A stretch of DNA of 64,000 bases from NCBI GenBank assembly GCA_002189035.1, contig CM007990.1, positions 1,178,001-1,242,000 of the forward strand, written 5' to 3'. Origin of the DNA: Utricularia gibba (taxonomy: Eukaryota; Plantae; Magnoliophyta). The notes under the pieces were generated by a model. That model worked only from the letters and a program-made list of their open reading frames with translations, did not search any database and was not told the DNA's origin. Positions 48,893 through 62,591 of this stretch are shown piece after piece. The position numbers and the translations under genes were made by a program. Within the stretch, counting starts at the first letter, position 1. Every line of letters starts with the position of its first letter.

Positions 48893-50914
48893 ATGCCCCA
48901 TGTCGGTTCAAACGTCTCTCTGCCCATTCGCAGTTTGATGAAAAGAGAAGGCGTACGGAGTTTGTTGCTGTCACTAAGCTTCAAGTTGAACAGAAAGCAT
49001 GCTTTTCTCGGCATCTCTTCTCATTCGCTGCACACGCTGCCGGAGACTAGGTATGCTGCCGGCTCAAGTATATACAGAGCTAACAGGTATGTTGATTGCT
49101 TGATGAAAGCGGGAAACTTGGATTCAGCCGTCTCGGTGTTCGATGAAATGCTCGAGCGAGATGCGATCACTTGGAACATTATGATTTCAGGGTTTTGTCG
49201 ATATGGGTATAAGAGAGAAGCTTTGGGTTTGTACAATAGAATGATTTATGAAGGTTTCGTGGAGAATCCATCTACTTTTTCAGTAGTTTTGAGTGTAAGC
49301 AGCGTGGAGGGGTTATTTAGAGAAGGGATTGTTCTGCATTGCAGATCCATTGTTCTTGGATACCATGCGAACGTTTACATTCGTTCCGCTCTGGTTGATC
49401 TTTATTTCCAAATGGGACTCGATGATGTTGGTTTCAGATTGCTTAGAACGTCAGAAAACAGAAACTTGGCTACCTGGAATATCGTTTTGCGTAATTTTTC
49501 AGAGTTGGGTCGGTCGCAAGAGCTTCTCAGATTGTACAGTGACATGAGATTGGATGGAGTGGAGCCTAATGGGCTTACTTTCTGCTACGTAATTCGTGGT
49601 TGTGGATGTGAGAAGTTGATTGATGAAGGAACACAGTTGCATTGCTGCGCTATCAAGAAAGGACACACTGATTCCAACTTGTTTGTAGTCAACGCGCTGG
49701 TTGATTTTTACTCCGCCTGTGGGAATTTAACTGAAGCCTTGAAATCGTTCGAGGACATCCCACCTATGGATGTGATTTCATGGAACTCAATGGTTTCGGT
49801 TTTCGCTGCTAGTGGTTTTGCTGTAGATGCTCTTGAATGCTACCGCGCAATGCATCTTTGGGAGAAAAAGCCATCACTTTGCTCATTTGTTGCACTTTTG
49901 AAGTTATCTGGTTCAATCATGGATATACGACTTGGGATGCAAATCCACTGTTGCATTATGAAGCTTTGTTTCAAAAATCCTATCGTCGAATCTGCTCTTA
50001 TCGACATGTATGGCAACTGTGGGGATATTGAAACTTCGTTTAGTATTTTCAACATGAACAATCAAAGAAATATCATTTGCTGTAACGCTCTCATGGCTTC
50101 TCTTTTAAGAGCTGGACTTTCAGGGGACGTAATTGAGCTTTTTGGTCTAATGGTCGATCAGAACATAGGATATAATGAAGTTAGCCTCTCCTTGACATTA
50201 AAAGCACTCTCAGTTGCTGGTACTTCTTCGTGTACAATTCTCCATTGTTGTGCCATAAAGTCTGGTTTTGATTCCGACATTGCGGTGGCCTCTTCAATGA
50301 TTGATGCATACTCAAAAATCGGCGAAGTTGATCATTCGTCACGGATCTTCAATGAACTTCCTTCCCCAAATGTAATCTGCAGCACATCGTTAATCAGTGC
50401 ATTTGCTAGGAATGGACAGGGAAGGAAATGCCTTGAGCTGCTGAATTCAATGACGGAAAATGGCTTAAGACCTGATGAAGTAACATACTTGAATGTTCTC
50501 GCAGGATGCAGTCATTGTGGAATGGTGGAAGAGGGTAGATCAGTCTTCCAACAGATGCATAGGCAGCATGATTTGAAGCTGGATAGGCGCCATTATTCGT
50601 GCGTGATTGACCTTCTCGGTCGGGCCGGTTTAGTCGTTGAAGCACTAGACTTGGTAAATGAATGCCCATTTGGGAATGACGCAATGATTTTGAGCTCTAT
50701 ATTGAGGAGCTGTAAAGTTCATCAGATGGAGGAAATTGGAAGGAGGGTGGCACAAAAACTGGTTGATCTTCAACCTGAGAGTTCTCATGTTTGGCTCCAA
50801 GCTTCTGGATTTTATGCAGCTGTGGGTGACACGGACACTGCGGCACATTGTAGGGAAATTGCATTAGCAAGAGAGATTGCTCTGGATATTGGTCACAGTT
50901 TGATACATGTTTAA
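48893..50914 (+). CDS. PLS-class pentatricopeptide repeat protein, E subgroup, intronless, up to 673 aa
   Basis: Long uninterrupted ORF with PPR motifs (VFDEMLERDAITWNIMISG; ALIDMYGNCG; HYSCVIDLLGRAG). The start may be 48893 or 48938. Confidence 0.94.
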   Translation: MPHVGSNVSLPIRSLMKREGVRSLLLSLSFKLNRKHAFLGISSHSLHTLPETRYAAGSSIYRANRYVDCLMKAGNLDSAVSVFDEMLERDAITWNIMISGFCRYGYKREALGLYNRMIYEGFVENPSTFSVVLSVSSVEGLFREGIVLHCRSIVLGYHANVYIRSALVDLYFQMGLDDVGFRLLRTSENRNLATWNIVLRNFSELGRSQELLRLYSDMRLDGVEPNGLTFCYVIRGCGCEKLIDEGTQLHCCAIKKGHTDSNLFVVNALVDFYSACGNLTEALKSFEDIPPMDVISWNSMVSVFAASGFAVDALECYRAMHLWEKKPSLCSFVALLKLSGSIMDIRLGMQIHCCIMKLCFKNPIVESALIDMYGNCGDIETSFSIFNMNNQRNIICCNALMASLLRAGLSGDVIELFGLMVDQNIGYNEVSLSLTLKALSVAGTSSCTILHCCAIKSGFDSDIAVASSMIDAYSKIGEVDHSSRIFNELPSPNVICSTSLISAFARNGQGRKCLELLNSMTENGLRPDEVTYLNVLAGCSHCGMVEEGRSVFQQMHRQHDLKLDRRHYSCVIDLLGRAGLVVEALDLVNECPFGNDAMILSSILRSCKVHQMEEIGRRVAQKLVDLQPESSHVWLQASGFYAAVGDTDTAAHCREIALAREIALDIGHSLIHV

Positions 50915-51435
50915 CACGAATGGTTAGTGTTGATATATGCTCTAGAAAAGGTAGCCCCAATGATCGTGCCATCATCGAATCAAACCCGATTTCGATTTTC
51001 AGGATCGCACAGTTTGAAAGGCAAAAACCATGATCATGATATTGAGATCCACCGGTTTTTACCAGGCTGCAAGTCGGAGAACTCCTAGAAGATGCAACCC
51101 AAATCAATCAGAGGTATTAAATTCCTCTCCATCTTTTGGTTCGTTGTTACCTGCTACTCTATTCCGCACGCCAGCTGAGAAGCATTGATTGGTTTGTTGG
51201 TGTAAAATATATTCTGCACTTTTGGGTTATCCAGAAACAGTGACGGGGCGTTTAAAATTAACATTTTGGGAGACGAATTGGTTGACCGTGGTACGCGTTG
51301 CCATTAATGATTGCAGCAGACCCTTGTTGTTCAAAAGACAGTTTTTCATCAATTCCATATGGATTGACGAAGCTTTCTGGCAGAACTGGGACAAGGGAAA
51401 GGGGGGATTAGAGCGATCGAAGCTACAAGGAGGAA

Positions 51436-53670
51436 ATGGAAGGAGATGAGCTGGAAACGGACAAGGCGATTGAAACCGACTCAGCTCCTCGGCTAGCTAT
51501 CGACATCGGAGGTAATCCAACCTGTTCATTTCATCTTCGTGCTTCCTGGAGATATCTGAGTTCTGGGCGTGATGCATGCCGGTGTTTAAAAGTTTCTTTG
51601 CTTGAGAAAATGGGTTGGTTTTTTTTTTTTTTTTTTAATTCTATTGCAGGACCGGAAGTCTTGAAATCATCAAGTTTCTCTTTTGCTACTGTCTTATTGT
51701 ACAAAATTGATTTTAGACAATTCAACCCAATGATATTTCTGTAACTTTAAATTTCAGGTTCACTAGTTAAAATTGTATACTTTTCAAGCGATGCTAGCGA
51801 GAGCAATTTTTGTTCCACGAGTGACAGGGTCACCGGTATTCTGGAGGATGGATCACCAGCTCCCGTTGGTGGTCTTCACCAAAGTTTCTCTAATGGGAGG
51901 CTACATTTCTTCAAGTTCGAGACAGGGAAGATCAGTGAATGCTTAGAATTCATATCCTCGGTTCTGCTTCCGAATACTGGTATGTGCTTATGTAGCAAGT
52001 GATCTCTTCGATTTCATGAATGATGTGTCATTTTTCTTTGATTATTTATATGCTTGGAATTATTTCTGCTTGCCATGTTTTCGTTGTACATTGTGAAAGG
52101 CTGGTCTTTAGATTCTAAATTCTGCAAGTGAAGGGAATGCTTGTAGTTCTATTTCCAGCAGTGAAACTTTGATGTGGGCTACTTGTAGTTCATGTTTATT
52201 GTTCTCCTTTTAGAGCCATATTATGGATTTAGGTTCACGGAATAACGATGCTACTTTCAGCAGGAAAAGTATCATTAAGGTACTTTTTTTCTTACATATT
52301 TGCAAATACGTGATTAAATCTATTTTTGGACAAAGACAACTTTTTTTTGTCGTGATGAAGGCGACTGGTGGTGGGGCATTCAAATTTGCGGATGTTTTCA
52401 AGGAAAAACTTGGTATTACTCTTGACAAGGTTGACGAAATGGATTGCCTGGTGGCTGGAGTTAATTTTTTGTTAAGGGTGAGAATTTTAGTACTTGCATG
52501 TTCCTAGTTATCATTGTACATGGTTGTTGGAGTATGCTTTCTATGCTGTAGGCATGGAATCATGAAGCATTTACATATGTCGATGGTCAAAGGGAGAACA
52601 TTCAGATTGACCACAATGATTTGTATCCTTATCTTCTTGTTAATATAGGCTCTGGGGTGAGCATGATCAAGGTAGCTGCATCAAATCTTCTAGTAATCAT
52701 ACAAGGTTTTTGATATCAATATCTAAAATTTCTATCTGTTGGCTGTCTTAGGTTGATAGTGATGACAAATACCAGCGTGTTAGTGGAACAAGCATTGGAG
52801 GTGGCACCTTCTGGGGCTTAGGAAAACTTTTAACCAAGTGCAAAAGGTTCCTCTTTTCATGGATTTTTTCTTTATCTTGAGATGGCTCTTTTCGAAGGCA
52901 AGATTATATTTGGTTGATTCTTTCACTTATGACTACATTTCTCTTTCTTTCTCTTTCACATTACCTTAGTTTTAACGAGTTATTGGAGATGAGCCATCAA
53001 GGAAACAACAGACTAGTGGACATGCTTGTGGGTGAAATCTATGGTGGAATGGATTATGCAAAGGTGGATTTACCGCTTCTTGCTGTGTATTATGCATGCA
53101 TTCTTCAAAGTTTAATTCAAGTGGAAAACTTTTCCAGATTGGCCTTACTTCAACAGCAATTGCTTCCAGTTTCGGAAAGCCAGTGTCTCAAAAGAAGGAG
53201 CTTGAAGACTACCAACCTGAAGACATGGCTCGATCTCTACTCAGGATGATCTCCAATAACGTTGCACAGGTAACAAACATCCCACACCATCAGATCCTAT
53301 TAAATCCCCTCCTGCCCCTTCCCTTTCCTCATCTCCTCTGTCACATATCCCAGATAGCTTACCTGAATGCCCTCCACTTCAAACTGAAACGAATATTTTT
53401 TGGAGGATTCTTCATCTGTGGCCATCCCTACACGATGGACACAATCTCAGTGGGAGTCAACTACTGGTAATCTACCACCTTCCTACTACTACTTCCGAGT
53501 CGCGGTGCGACATTTGATTTCAATGTTGTTACCATTGAAGGTCAAATGGTGAAGCTAAAGCCATGTTTCTGGGGCATGAAGGATTCCTTGGCGCTCTGGG
53601 AGCCTTTCTGAGTTACAGTAAAAATGGCCTTGCAGATTCTGCACATCAGCTCTCCAAGGAGTCCCATTGA
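51436..53670 (+). CDS. PANK1: Type II pantothenate kinase, PanK domain only, multi-exon
   Basis: LAIDIGG|[59 protein letters not shown]; no DUF89 domain. Confidence 0.93.
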
Positions 53671-54332
53671 TCTTTATGGTGCTCTTCTGCTTTGCGTAAA
53701 CTATTGAATGGTAGAAATGGATCCTTGAGGAAGGCAAAGTGTACTGCCGGAAAAGACATCCTGCTTGGGGACGACGGCCGACTTCTGTAACTGGTTTTTA
53801 AAAAGTTAAAGATAGAATGTATTCTTATTTAAGCCTTTTTGTTAAATATTTTTTTGAGTAAAATGCATCAAAAATCACAATGTTTAATATTTTGATAAAA
53901 TTAGTTTTTAATTTTTAATATTTTTAAAATCTTACGTACCATACATAATTCATTTTCAAATTTTTATATTTTAAATATTTTTAATTTTTCACAATTGAAT
54001 ACCGAGTATAATTAATTTTATCACTTATTTCAAATATTAAAAATTAATTATGTGAAAATATGGAATATTAAATCATTAGGAATTATTTTCTAAATGGTTG
54101 AAATACATTATTTTGAAAGAATAAAAATTAATAAAATCAAAGTTTTAAACAATATGAATAATATTAAAATAGTATGACTATTTTTATAAATTTCATAAAC
54201 ATGGGTATCACATTCTTATAATAAAAATAATCAAATTATCTAGGTGGAAAATAATACTACCAATAACATTAATAATAAGAATAAAAATAGTAATAATAAT
54301 AATAAACTTTTGCATGGATCCTTCTTGGAGGC

Positions 54333-54743
54333 TCACGCAGCACCAGCACGTCTAGCGCGCGATCTTGGTATAATGTTCTGCTGCTGCTCCTCCTCCTGTG
54401 GAGCCTCCGCCGGCGCCGGCGCGGCCGCATCACCTCCAGCATTGCCGGCGGCGTCCCTCTCTGCGCCGGATTCCAAATCTTCTGTCACATTCGCGACCGG
54501 TTCCTGCGGCGGGTTCCCTTCCTCCGCAGCTGCCTCCTGACTCGGCTGAGACTCTCCCCCAGCTCCAGCCTCCTCGTCGCCGGGGCAGCAGTGGCGACAC
54601 ATGCGGCTTAAAGCACACGACACCACCGAGATGACGGCGATCGCAAAGAGGACGATCACAACGGGCCCGTACGGTCCAAACATGCGGGAAGGAGGCTGTG
54701 GTACGAGGAGGGGCTCCGGTGTAAGAATTGCTGGCTGAGACAT
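54333..54743 (-). CDS. Small single-pass membrane protein, uncharacterised plant family, 136 aa
   Basis: GC-rich ORF; GPYGPVVIVLFAIAVISVVSCALSRMC hydrophobic helix with Cys cluster, followed by an acidic disordered tail. Confidence 0.78.
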   Translation of the reverse strand: MSQPAILTPEPLLVPQPPSRMFGPYGPVVIVLFAIAVISVVSCALSRMCRHCCPGDEEAGAGGESQPSQEAAAEEGNPPQEPVANVTEDLESGAERDAAGNAGGDAAAPAPAEAPQEEEQQQNIIPRSRARRAGAA

Positions 54744-57700
54744 ACTTCAAGGGCAAGAAACAAGTGTACTGTAGTTGCATGCAAGAGAAGAGGGATTTTT
54801 GGGTTCTAATTTATAGAGAAATTTTTGAATAATTTTTTTTTAATTTCCATATTAATTTCAACTTTAAAATAGTGGAGATACTCATATTATGGAAATAGAG
54901 AAAGCCAATACTAAAAATATCACATCACTGTTAAAATAGAATTATTAAAAACAAATATCCCGATTAAAATAGAAATGTTTCCATATTTATACTTCACGGT
55001 AATAGAACATATGGAAATAGAAGAAAACATTAAAAAATACTAAATTTTTATTAATGGTTAAAAAAATACTAATGCTTAATGAAACTAAGAATACATAGAA
55101 TTGGAATGTGTCATCCCATTCTTATGTGTCATCATAAGAATGGAAGATGTATTTAAAAATTTATGTACTAATAACAATGTATGTTTAGCAAATCGATTTA
55201 ATAGTCCGAAAAACTCCAAATTAAGAATTTTTATATGAATTTTATTAAACAAATCAAGTTATAAACTATTTATTCTAAATGTATCTATTGAACATAATAT
55301 TATTTTAATTATATATATTCAAAAATGATATATAAAAAATTAATTTTAATCATATAACACGTGTCTATCTAAATATAAATAATTCAAATACAATTTTAAT
55401 TAAAACATCCTACCAAACAGACCCTAACTGGTGAAAAATTATTAAAATTGGAGTGAACCAAAATTCTCCACCTTTCATGTCAATTATTAGGGTTTGTGTT
55501 CTATGCATGGAATAGATGAGATAATCTAATAATTGAGTTATATAATTACTATTTATGTGCACATGGTATGCTCAAGACATCAATTATGTTACTGTGTTTG
55601 TCTCCATTTATGTTTGCCAAAAAAAAATATTAAGTATAAATTAATTATATTGTAAAAAATATAAATTTATTTTTTGTTCAATTTTTAAGTTGGATTTATT
55701 TTAAATTGATAACGTATGGTCATGTACGTTATTTTTATTTTTTTTTTCTGAAAATTATATTATATTATTAATTCAACTTTGATATATTTAGAATTTACCA
55801 GCACCTACCCTACTATCATAGACCATGGGCACAGCGGATCCAAATTATTTTATACCACGCGCGCACTTGTGGTCCATTTCTCCATTTTATTATTAATTTA
55901 ATAATAATAGTAAAAAGAAACCGCCTAAATTATAGACAGCTACGCGGTGTGCGGCGTACAACACTGCACTGCACACCTCACACCAATATTTTTAATTTTA
56001 GAAAAAAATTCATTAAAATTTCCCCAAATTTCGAAATATTTTCTTAATTTTACTAAAAATCTGAAATTTTTTCGAATTTTGAATATAATTTTTAAATGTG
56101 AGAGAAATTAAAAAAAATGCGGGATCCATCTACACCCATTATTAACTCCCACGTGGCCCGTCTCTGTCCTCCAGCTCCGGCACCGAGAAACCTGGCGCAA
56201 TCGCAACCGTACATCTAGATCGACGGTTCACCGGCCTCGAGCACGCACCTATGCCAGTGTTTTCGATGACTTGTATCCGTATGAGGGTGGACGGTTCGGT
56301 TTATGATACAGTTATTAGTTTTGACCCACAAATTATTTAATTTAATTTTCGGATTTAATTATCATATCTCAATAAATTATTTCTATATGCATTAACGATT
56401 TTCATCCTAATTATCTACTACATCGATCCATTTTGTAGTTATTGATTTGATTATAATATTTGTATACTTTAATACTTTATATGTTAAGTTAGGAGGTATA
56501 TGAAAAGTGGATATATAATAATATAATTTTATCCCAATTATTTCTCTTCCTTTATTTCATTCCATATTCATGTTTTAGCATATTTCGATTATAATTTATC
56601 TCATCTACCAAATATCATATTTTTTCCTATTTAATTATTCTTCTTTATATTTTCTATCAAACACATTTTATATAGAGCATTTAGAAATAATTATTCTGAA
56701 TTTCTCTTGTACACTATGATAAATTATATATATATATAAGATGATCATTTTTACCACATACTTAAGGGAAGTTGATCACTTTTTTAATACATACCCTCAG
56801 AAATTGCAAACCTCCTTTGGTGTAAGGGGGCCACTTGGGGGTGGCTAGGCCCCCACACCCCCAAAGTAGCAATTAAACGTGGGATCATTTTTCCAGGGGG
56901 GCGACCGCCGGTCGTAATTAGCATCTAATTAATTAATGCTTGGGCTTCCCCCAATTGGATATGGATGGGCATGCACCACCCACCACCTACCTACACACTC
57001 TACTCCTCATGACTGTGTGTTTGTTTCACACCCAATTATAATAATTTTTTTAAGTATTTATTGAATTTAAGCAACCTCCAATAGCACCTACCTTTAAGTA
57101 ATTAATATTTTAAAATAATTTTTTCATCAAATACAAAAAAAACATCAATCTAAAAGCATTTTGATTTTTAATAGAAATTGATGTTGAAATTTTTAAGAAT
57201 AATTTGAAAAATAAATTTACAAAGAATGCTTAATAAATTAGAAATTGAAATTTTATCATTTTTTTAAAGAATTCTTGATTTATATTCTTCATTATAGCAT
57301 TGATAATCAAAGTAATTATAAATTTTTTGTGAATTATAAATTTATTACAAAGAAACCCTAATTTTTTTACCATATGAATTATGGAAAGAAGCCAATTTAA
57401 TGCAGAAGTAGGGGACTGATTGGCCAAGGGAGAATTTTAAGTACACCTGTTATTATTACAAAGTCAAATTGAATAGAAAGAAAAAAAATTAATATAATAC
57501 CTTAATTTTTGCAAAATCTCAAACACCTGTTAATGATGCTATGCCCAAAGGAAACCCTAGACATGGGAAATTTGGCATCCAAATTGTGTGCATTAGTCTT
57601 GATTTTTTAATGAAATTATTGTGTTTTTAACCCATGGTGGGGATTGAGGCACAAAATGAAAAAAAAAAAATCAAACATGAAGATATTTCAAAATGATATT

Positions 57701-58959
57701 AATATAATAATATGTATAAAATGATTATAATTTTTAAATTTAATTTTAACTCAATCATAATTTAAAATAAATGTGGATAATATTTAATATTGCAAAACTA
57801 TATTTTATTTATTTATGGATGCTTCACATGTAGTAGTGTGAAAATTAGGGATCAAGATGTGATGTCCTACCGTGAAAGCACAGAAATGGTTTAGGAGAAT
57901 CTCATATTGAATACAAATACATAAAAGTATGAGATTAATTAAAATGATTATGTAAATTTTACACGAGATCTTTTTTGAATACGATAAAGAGTTTTTGATG
58001 AAAACTCCAAAGTTAAGTGTACTTGGATTGCAATAAAATGTGAATGAATAATCTTTGAAAATGTAGGTTAAAAATGAAAAAAAAAACATATAATTATAAA
58101 AATTGGATGAACGAAATTGATAATATCGTGTAAAACATGTATGGATATTTACATCAAGAATCTAAGTCACATCATATTTAATTATTTTTTAGGGAATAAA
58201 ACATGTTTAATAATACTAAATGTCATTATTTGTTTATGAATTTTGTTTTGTTTTTTTGTAGTAGAGCATGAATATTATTTATTTGTTGTTTAAAGGAAAA
58301 TGAGATCATTTATGGAATTTTTTGCTGAATTTCAGCTGCAAGTCATCTTCTCACATGACTTTTCTTTGCAGCGGACACGCATCGCACACCTCTAAAGAAG
58401 ACCGGAGACGCATCGGGGTTGTCCACGTGTTGTTGAACCCTCTCACGCAAAATGAAGAACTGTCTTTGGAGGTTGAGAAGAGGTGGGCACGTAAGGGGTG
58501 AGTGAAGAAAATTTAAAGAACTGGTTTTGAGAAAAAAAAGAGCCTAATGGAACACCCATTTCGCTCTCATAAAGAAAATATTCGGTAGACTTTATGCTGT
58601 GATTCCAAATTCCCACCTTTTTCTGTAGTGTATGTATTTCAGTTTGTGGGATTTTTTTGTTGTTGTTATCACCTGCTCTTATCTGGGGTAGTGCTGCTTT
58701 TCTTCCTTTTTCTTTTTCATTTTTTTTCCAGTGTTGTTTCTTGGTTCTTTGAGTTTCTTTCAACTGCTCGTATGCGGCATTTTAGTTACGGTCTGTACCG
58801 ATAAAGTATCCGATTTTTAGGTAGACAACCTTTTTTTCCCTCTGGCCGCCGTCACTGTGCTTTTTTGGTGAAAGTTCTTTATTTTGCGGGTGGGTTTGAG
58901 AAATGGGTCACTGTTGAAATTCTTCGATTTGCAGTTGAGATGGTTTCAGTGCCTTGAAG

Positions 58960-61900
58960 ATGGATTTTGAGAGTGGGACTCATCGGAGTCAACTAAAGGT
59001 GGGTTTCTGTTATCTTGAAGTTGTTGACTGGTTCATTGTGTCTGGTTGCTCAAGATTATCATTTTCAGAGGGAGTCTTGGAGAACAATCTTTTCATTGGC
59101 TTATCAGAGTTTGGGAGTTGTTTATGGAGATTTGAGTACTTCCCCGTTATATGTTTACAAGAGCACCTTCGCTGAAGATATCGTGCACTCCGATACAAAT
59201 GAAGAAATCTATGGTGTTCTGTCACTTGTCTTTTGGACACTAACTTTGATTCCTCTGCTGAAGTATGTCTTTATTGTCCTAAAAGCCGATGATGATGGCG
59301 AAGGCGGCACCTTCGCCTTGTATACACTGCTGTGTCGGCATGCCAAGCTTAATTCTCTTCCTAGTTGTCAATCGGCAGATGAAGAGTTATCTTCGTATAA
59401 AAAGAATTTAACTAGTCCTTCTCCGTCCTCCTTCCGGGCACGGCTGAAATCAACCCTTGAACGACACAAAAGCTTGCAAAGAGTTCTGCTGGTGCTGGCC
59501 CTTCTTGGTGCTTGTATGGTGATTGGAGATGGAATACTGACTCCCGCGCTATCAGGTATTGCTCTTTTGTTTTTTTAAATTCCCATGTCGAGTTAGCTTG
59601 TTTGCATACTTTAGATCAATAATTTGTTTGTTGCCCTTTTCCAGTGTTCTCTGCAGTTTCCGGTGTGGAGCTTGCTATGGAAAAGCATCATCACAAGTGT
59701 AAGACTCTGAAGCCCTGCTTTGTGACTTGCTTTGATTCATCGATCATCATCATCTTTGCTAGTCCCCATGTTCGAAATTTCCTGCTAATCTTGATACTTA
59801 TGGATGCTAAGTAGAAAGTCAACTCATTTATGACAAAGGACTCCAGGGTTATGTGAACTTTCTTCATTGGGTTGAAATGAGGATCCTATTTTGTGACTAT
59901 GGTATACAATGGATTAATGCTAAATGACAGGATTTTGAGCTCTACCATGTTCAAGTTTCTTCCTAAGCATCTCCTTCCAGGACTAATGCTTTGTCGTCGT
60001 ATCGATAGTTTGCGTTGTTACTTTGGAATGTTCTGAAGTTTAGTCATCTCTGCAGATGTGGAACTTCCAGTCGCTTGCATCATACTGATAGCACTGTTTG
60101 CCCTTCAACATTATGGAACCCACAGGGTGGGATTCCTCTTTGCACCTGTTGTCATTACTTGGCTTCTTTGTATGGGATCCATTGGTGTCTACAACATTTT
60201 CTACTGGAATGTTCATGTTTACAAAGCTCTATCACCATACTATATCTACATATTTTTGAAGAAAACTCGAAGACAAGGTTGGATGTCCTTGGGAGGAATT
60301 TTGCTCTGCATAACAGGTGAGTCAAGTTCATCTTCCTTCTCGAGATGCTTCCATTACAGGTTTTTGACATGTTCCACTTCAAATGCCCCAGGTTCGGAAG
60401 CAATGTTTGCTGATCTTGGTCACTTTTCACAGCTATCTGTTAAGGTCTGAGATCTCCTTCTCTTCCTGGATACACAACCATCGTTTAAGCTGACCTTCTG
60501 GTTCTTTTTCTGGCTTCCAGATTGCCTTCACAACTTTCGTCTACCCGTCTCTTGTGCTTGCATACATGGGCCAAGCTGCATATCTCTCCCAGCATCACGA
60601 CATGGAAAACGACTATTCGGTCGGATTCTACGTCTCGGTACCCGGTAATAATCTTCATAGCAATGCAGATACAGAAACAATGTGATCATCATGGTAACTG
60701 TATTCACAAGCTGTGCTGCTACTTGTGCCTCAGAGACTCTCCGGTGGCCGGTTTTGGTGATTGCTATTTTAGCTGCAGTTGTGGGCAGCCAAGCTGTTAT
60801 TACCGGGACATTCTCGATCATAAAGCAGTGCACAGCTTTAGGCTGCTTTCCAAGAGTAACAATAGTCCACACATCCTCAAAGATTCATGGCCAGATTTAT
60901 ATCCCTGAGATCAACTGGATTCTGATGAGCCTGTGCCTCGCGGTAACGATCGGATTCCGAGACACCCGCCGGATGGGAAATGCTTCAGGTAAAATCAGTT
61001 TGCTGTTCTATGGACATGAAGGGGTTTTGAAGGTAACAGGGTGTTCTTGTTCTCTGTTTCCATGCTCAGGGTTGGCTGTGATCACTGTGATGCTTGTGAC
61101 GACGTACTTGATGTCGCTTGTCATCGTGCTATGTTGGCACCGGAGCGTCATCGTAGCGACGGCGTTCGTCGTGTTTTTCGGGACGATAGAAGCTCTCTAC
61201 TTCTCAGCCTCCCTGATCAAGTTCACGGAAGGAGCTTGGGTTCCCATTGTGATATCCTGTTTCTTTATGGCTGTGATGTGTGTGTGGCACTACGGCATCC
61301 GTAAAACTTACGAGTTCGATGTCCAGAACAAGGTCTCCGTCGACTGGCTCCTCGGACTCGGTCCCAGCTTGGGAATCGTTCGTGTTCGCGGCATCGGTCT
61401 CATCCACACGGAGCTGGTGTCAGGGATTCCGGCCATCTTCTCCCACTTCGTCACCAATCTCCCGGCCTTCCATCAAGTCCTGATCGTCCTCTGTGTGAAG
61501 TCCGTCCCCATCCCACACGTCCAGCCGAACGAGCGGTTTCTGGTCGGCCGCATCGGCCCGAGAAAGCACCGTATCTACCGATGCATCGTCCGGTATGGTT
61601 ACCGTGATGCTCACAGAGATGATCTCCAGTTCGAGAACGACCTCGTCTTCAGCATAGCGGAGTTCATCCGCACCGGCAAACCCACACTACCGGAAGAAAA
61701 CGAGGCCGATGATCCCTCCCAGGGAATGGTGGTGGTCGGCACCCCCTCCACCCACCCCGACGGGATCAAACTCTGTGAGGACGACGGAGAGCAGCCAGCG
61801 GATGAGAACACCTCACAGACGACGCCGGGTCCCTCCCAGGACCGCGAAATACAGTCACCCCGGCCCGTGCCCGTAAAACGGGTGAGGTTCATCGTCCCGG

Positions 61901-62145
61901 AGAGCCACAAGATCGATAAGGCGGCAAGGGACGAGCTCCGGGAGCTGATGGAGGCGCGGGAGGCCGGCGTGGCGTACATTCTGGGACACTCGTACGTGAG
62001 AGCGAAGCAGGGATCGAGCCTGGTGAGAAGGATAGTGATCAACGTGGGGTATGATTTCCTGAGACGAAACTCAAGGTCTTCGACGTATGCGCTCAGCCTG
62101 CCGCAGACTTCCACCTTAGAAGTAGGAATGGTATACCAAATATGA
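58960..62145 (+). CDS. KUP/HAK/KT potassium transporter (KUP6/KUP8-like), multi-exon
   Basis: MDFESG..|[77 protein letters not shown]. Confidence 0.96.
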
Positions 62146-62591
62146 CGACAACAACGCAGATATGCAAATCTTTTTCCCTGTTCTTTGTAGGAATCCCAAT
62201 CAAAAGTTCCGATCTTGAATGTTAAACATAAAGATTTCTAGCTTTTTCAGACAGGTTATTATCTCCAAAAGGACTCTGACCAGTGGATTCTGTAAATTGT
62301 CAACCAGGAGAAAGAGGCATCTACCTGCCTTTGCCTGAAAGAATACACGAAAAGGAAGGTGAAGATGGGGGGGAGCTAACTCTGGAGAATGAAATGGTGT
62401 TGAATTCACACTACTAAAAGAACTGGAAAAAAGAGAGAGAGCGAGAGAGAGAGGGAGATGTTGGACCACAGCCATGTTTTGGAAATGGAGAAGCTTTGAT
62501 CGATGGCCCCCCAGTGTGTATGCATCCACATCAGGATGTTGTGGGTATGGTCGTCTCCGGTGAGATTCCGGGGTTGCTCAGCTTCTCCCTT

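Noticed and set aside
54244-54540. Asn-rich + strand ORF
   Set aside because: An AAT-rich low-complexity tract fused to the antisense of the 54333-54743 gene.
55116-55143. 11-bp hairpin CCATTCTTATG/CATAAGAATGG
   Set aside because: Too short for a miRNA precursor and plausible by chance in AT-rich DNA.
55413-55427. Tourist-like MITE end CCAAACAGACCC followed by TAA
   Set aside because: No convincing partner TIR; only a degenerate GTATGTTTAG near 55180.
60682-61069. Unusually long KUP ORF suggesting novel insertions
   Set aside because: The ORF reads through stop-free intronic sequence; canonical GT-AG sites (e.g. 60989/61069) give the normal protein.
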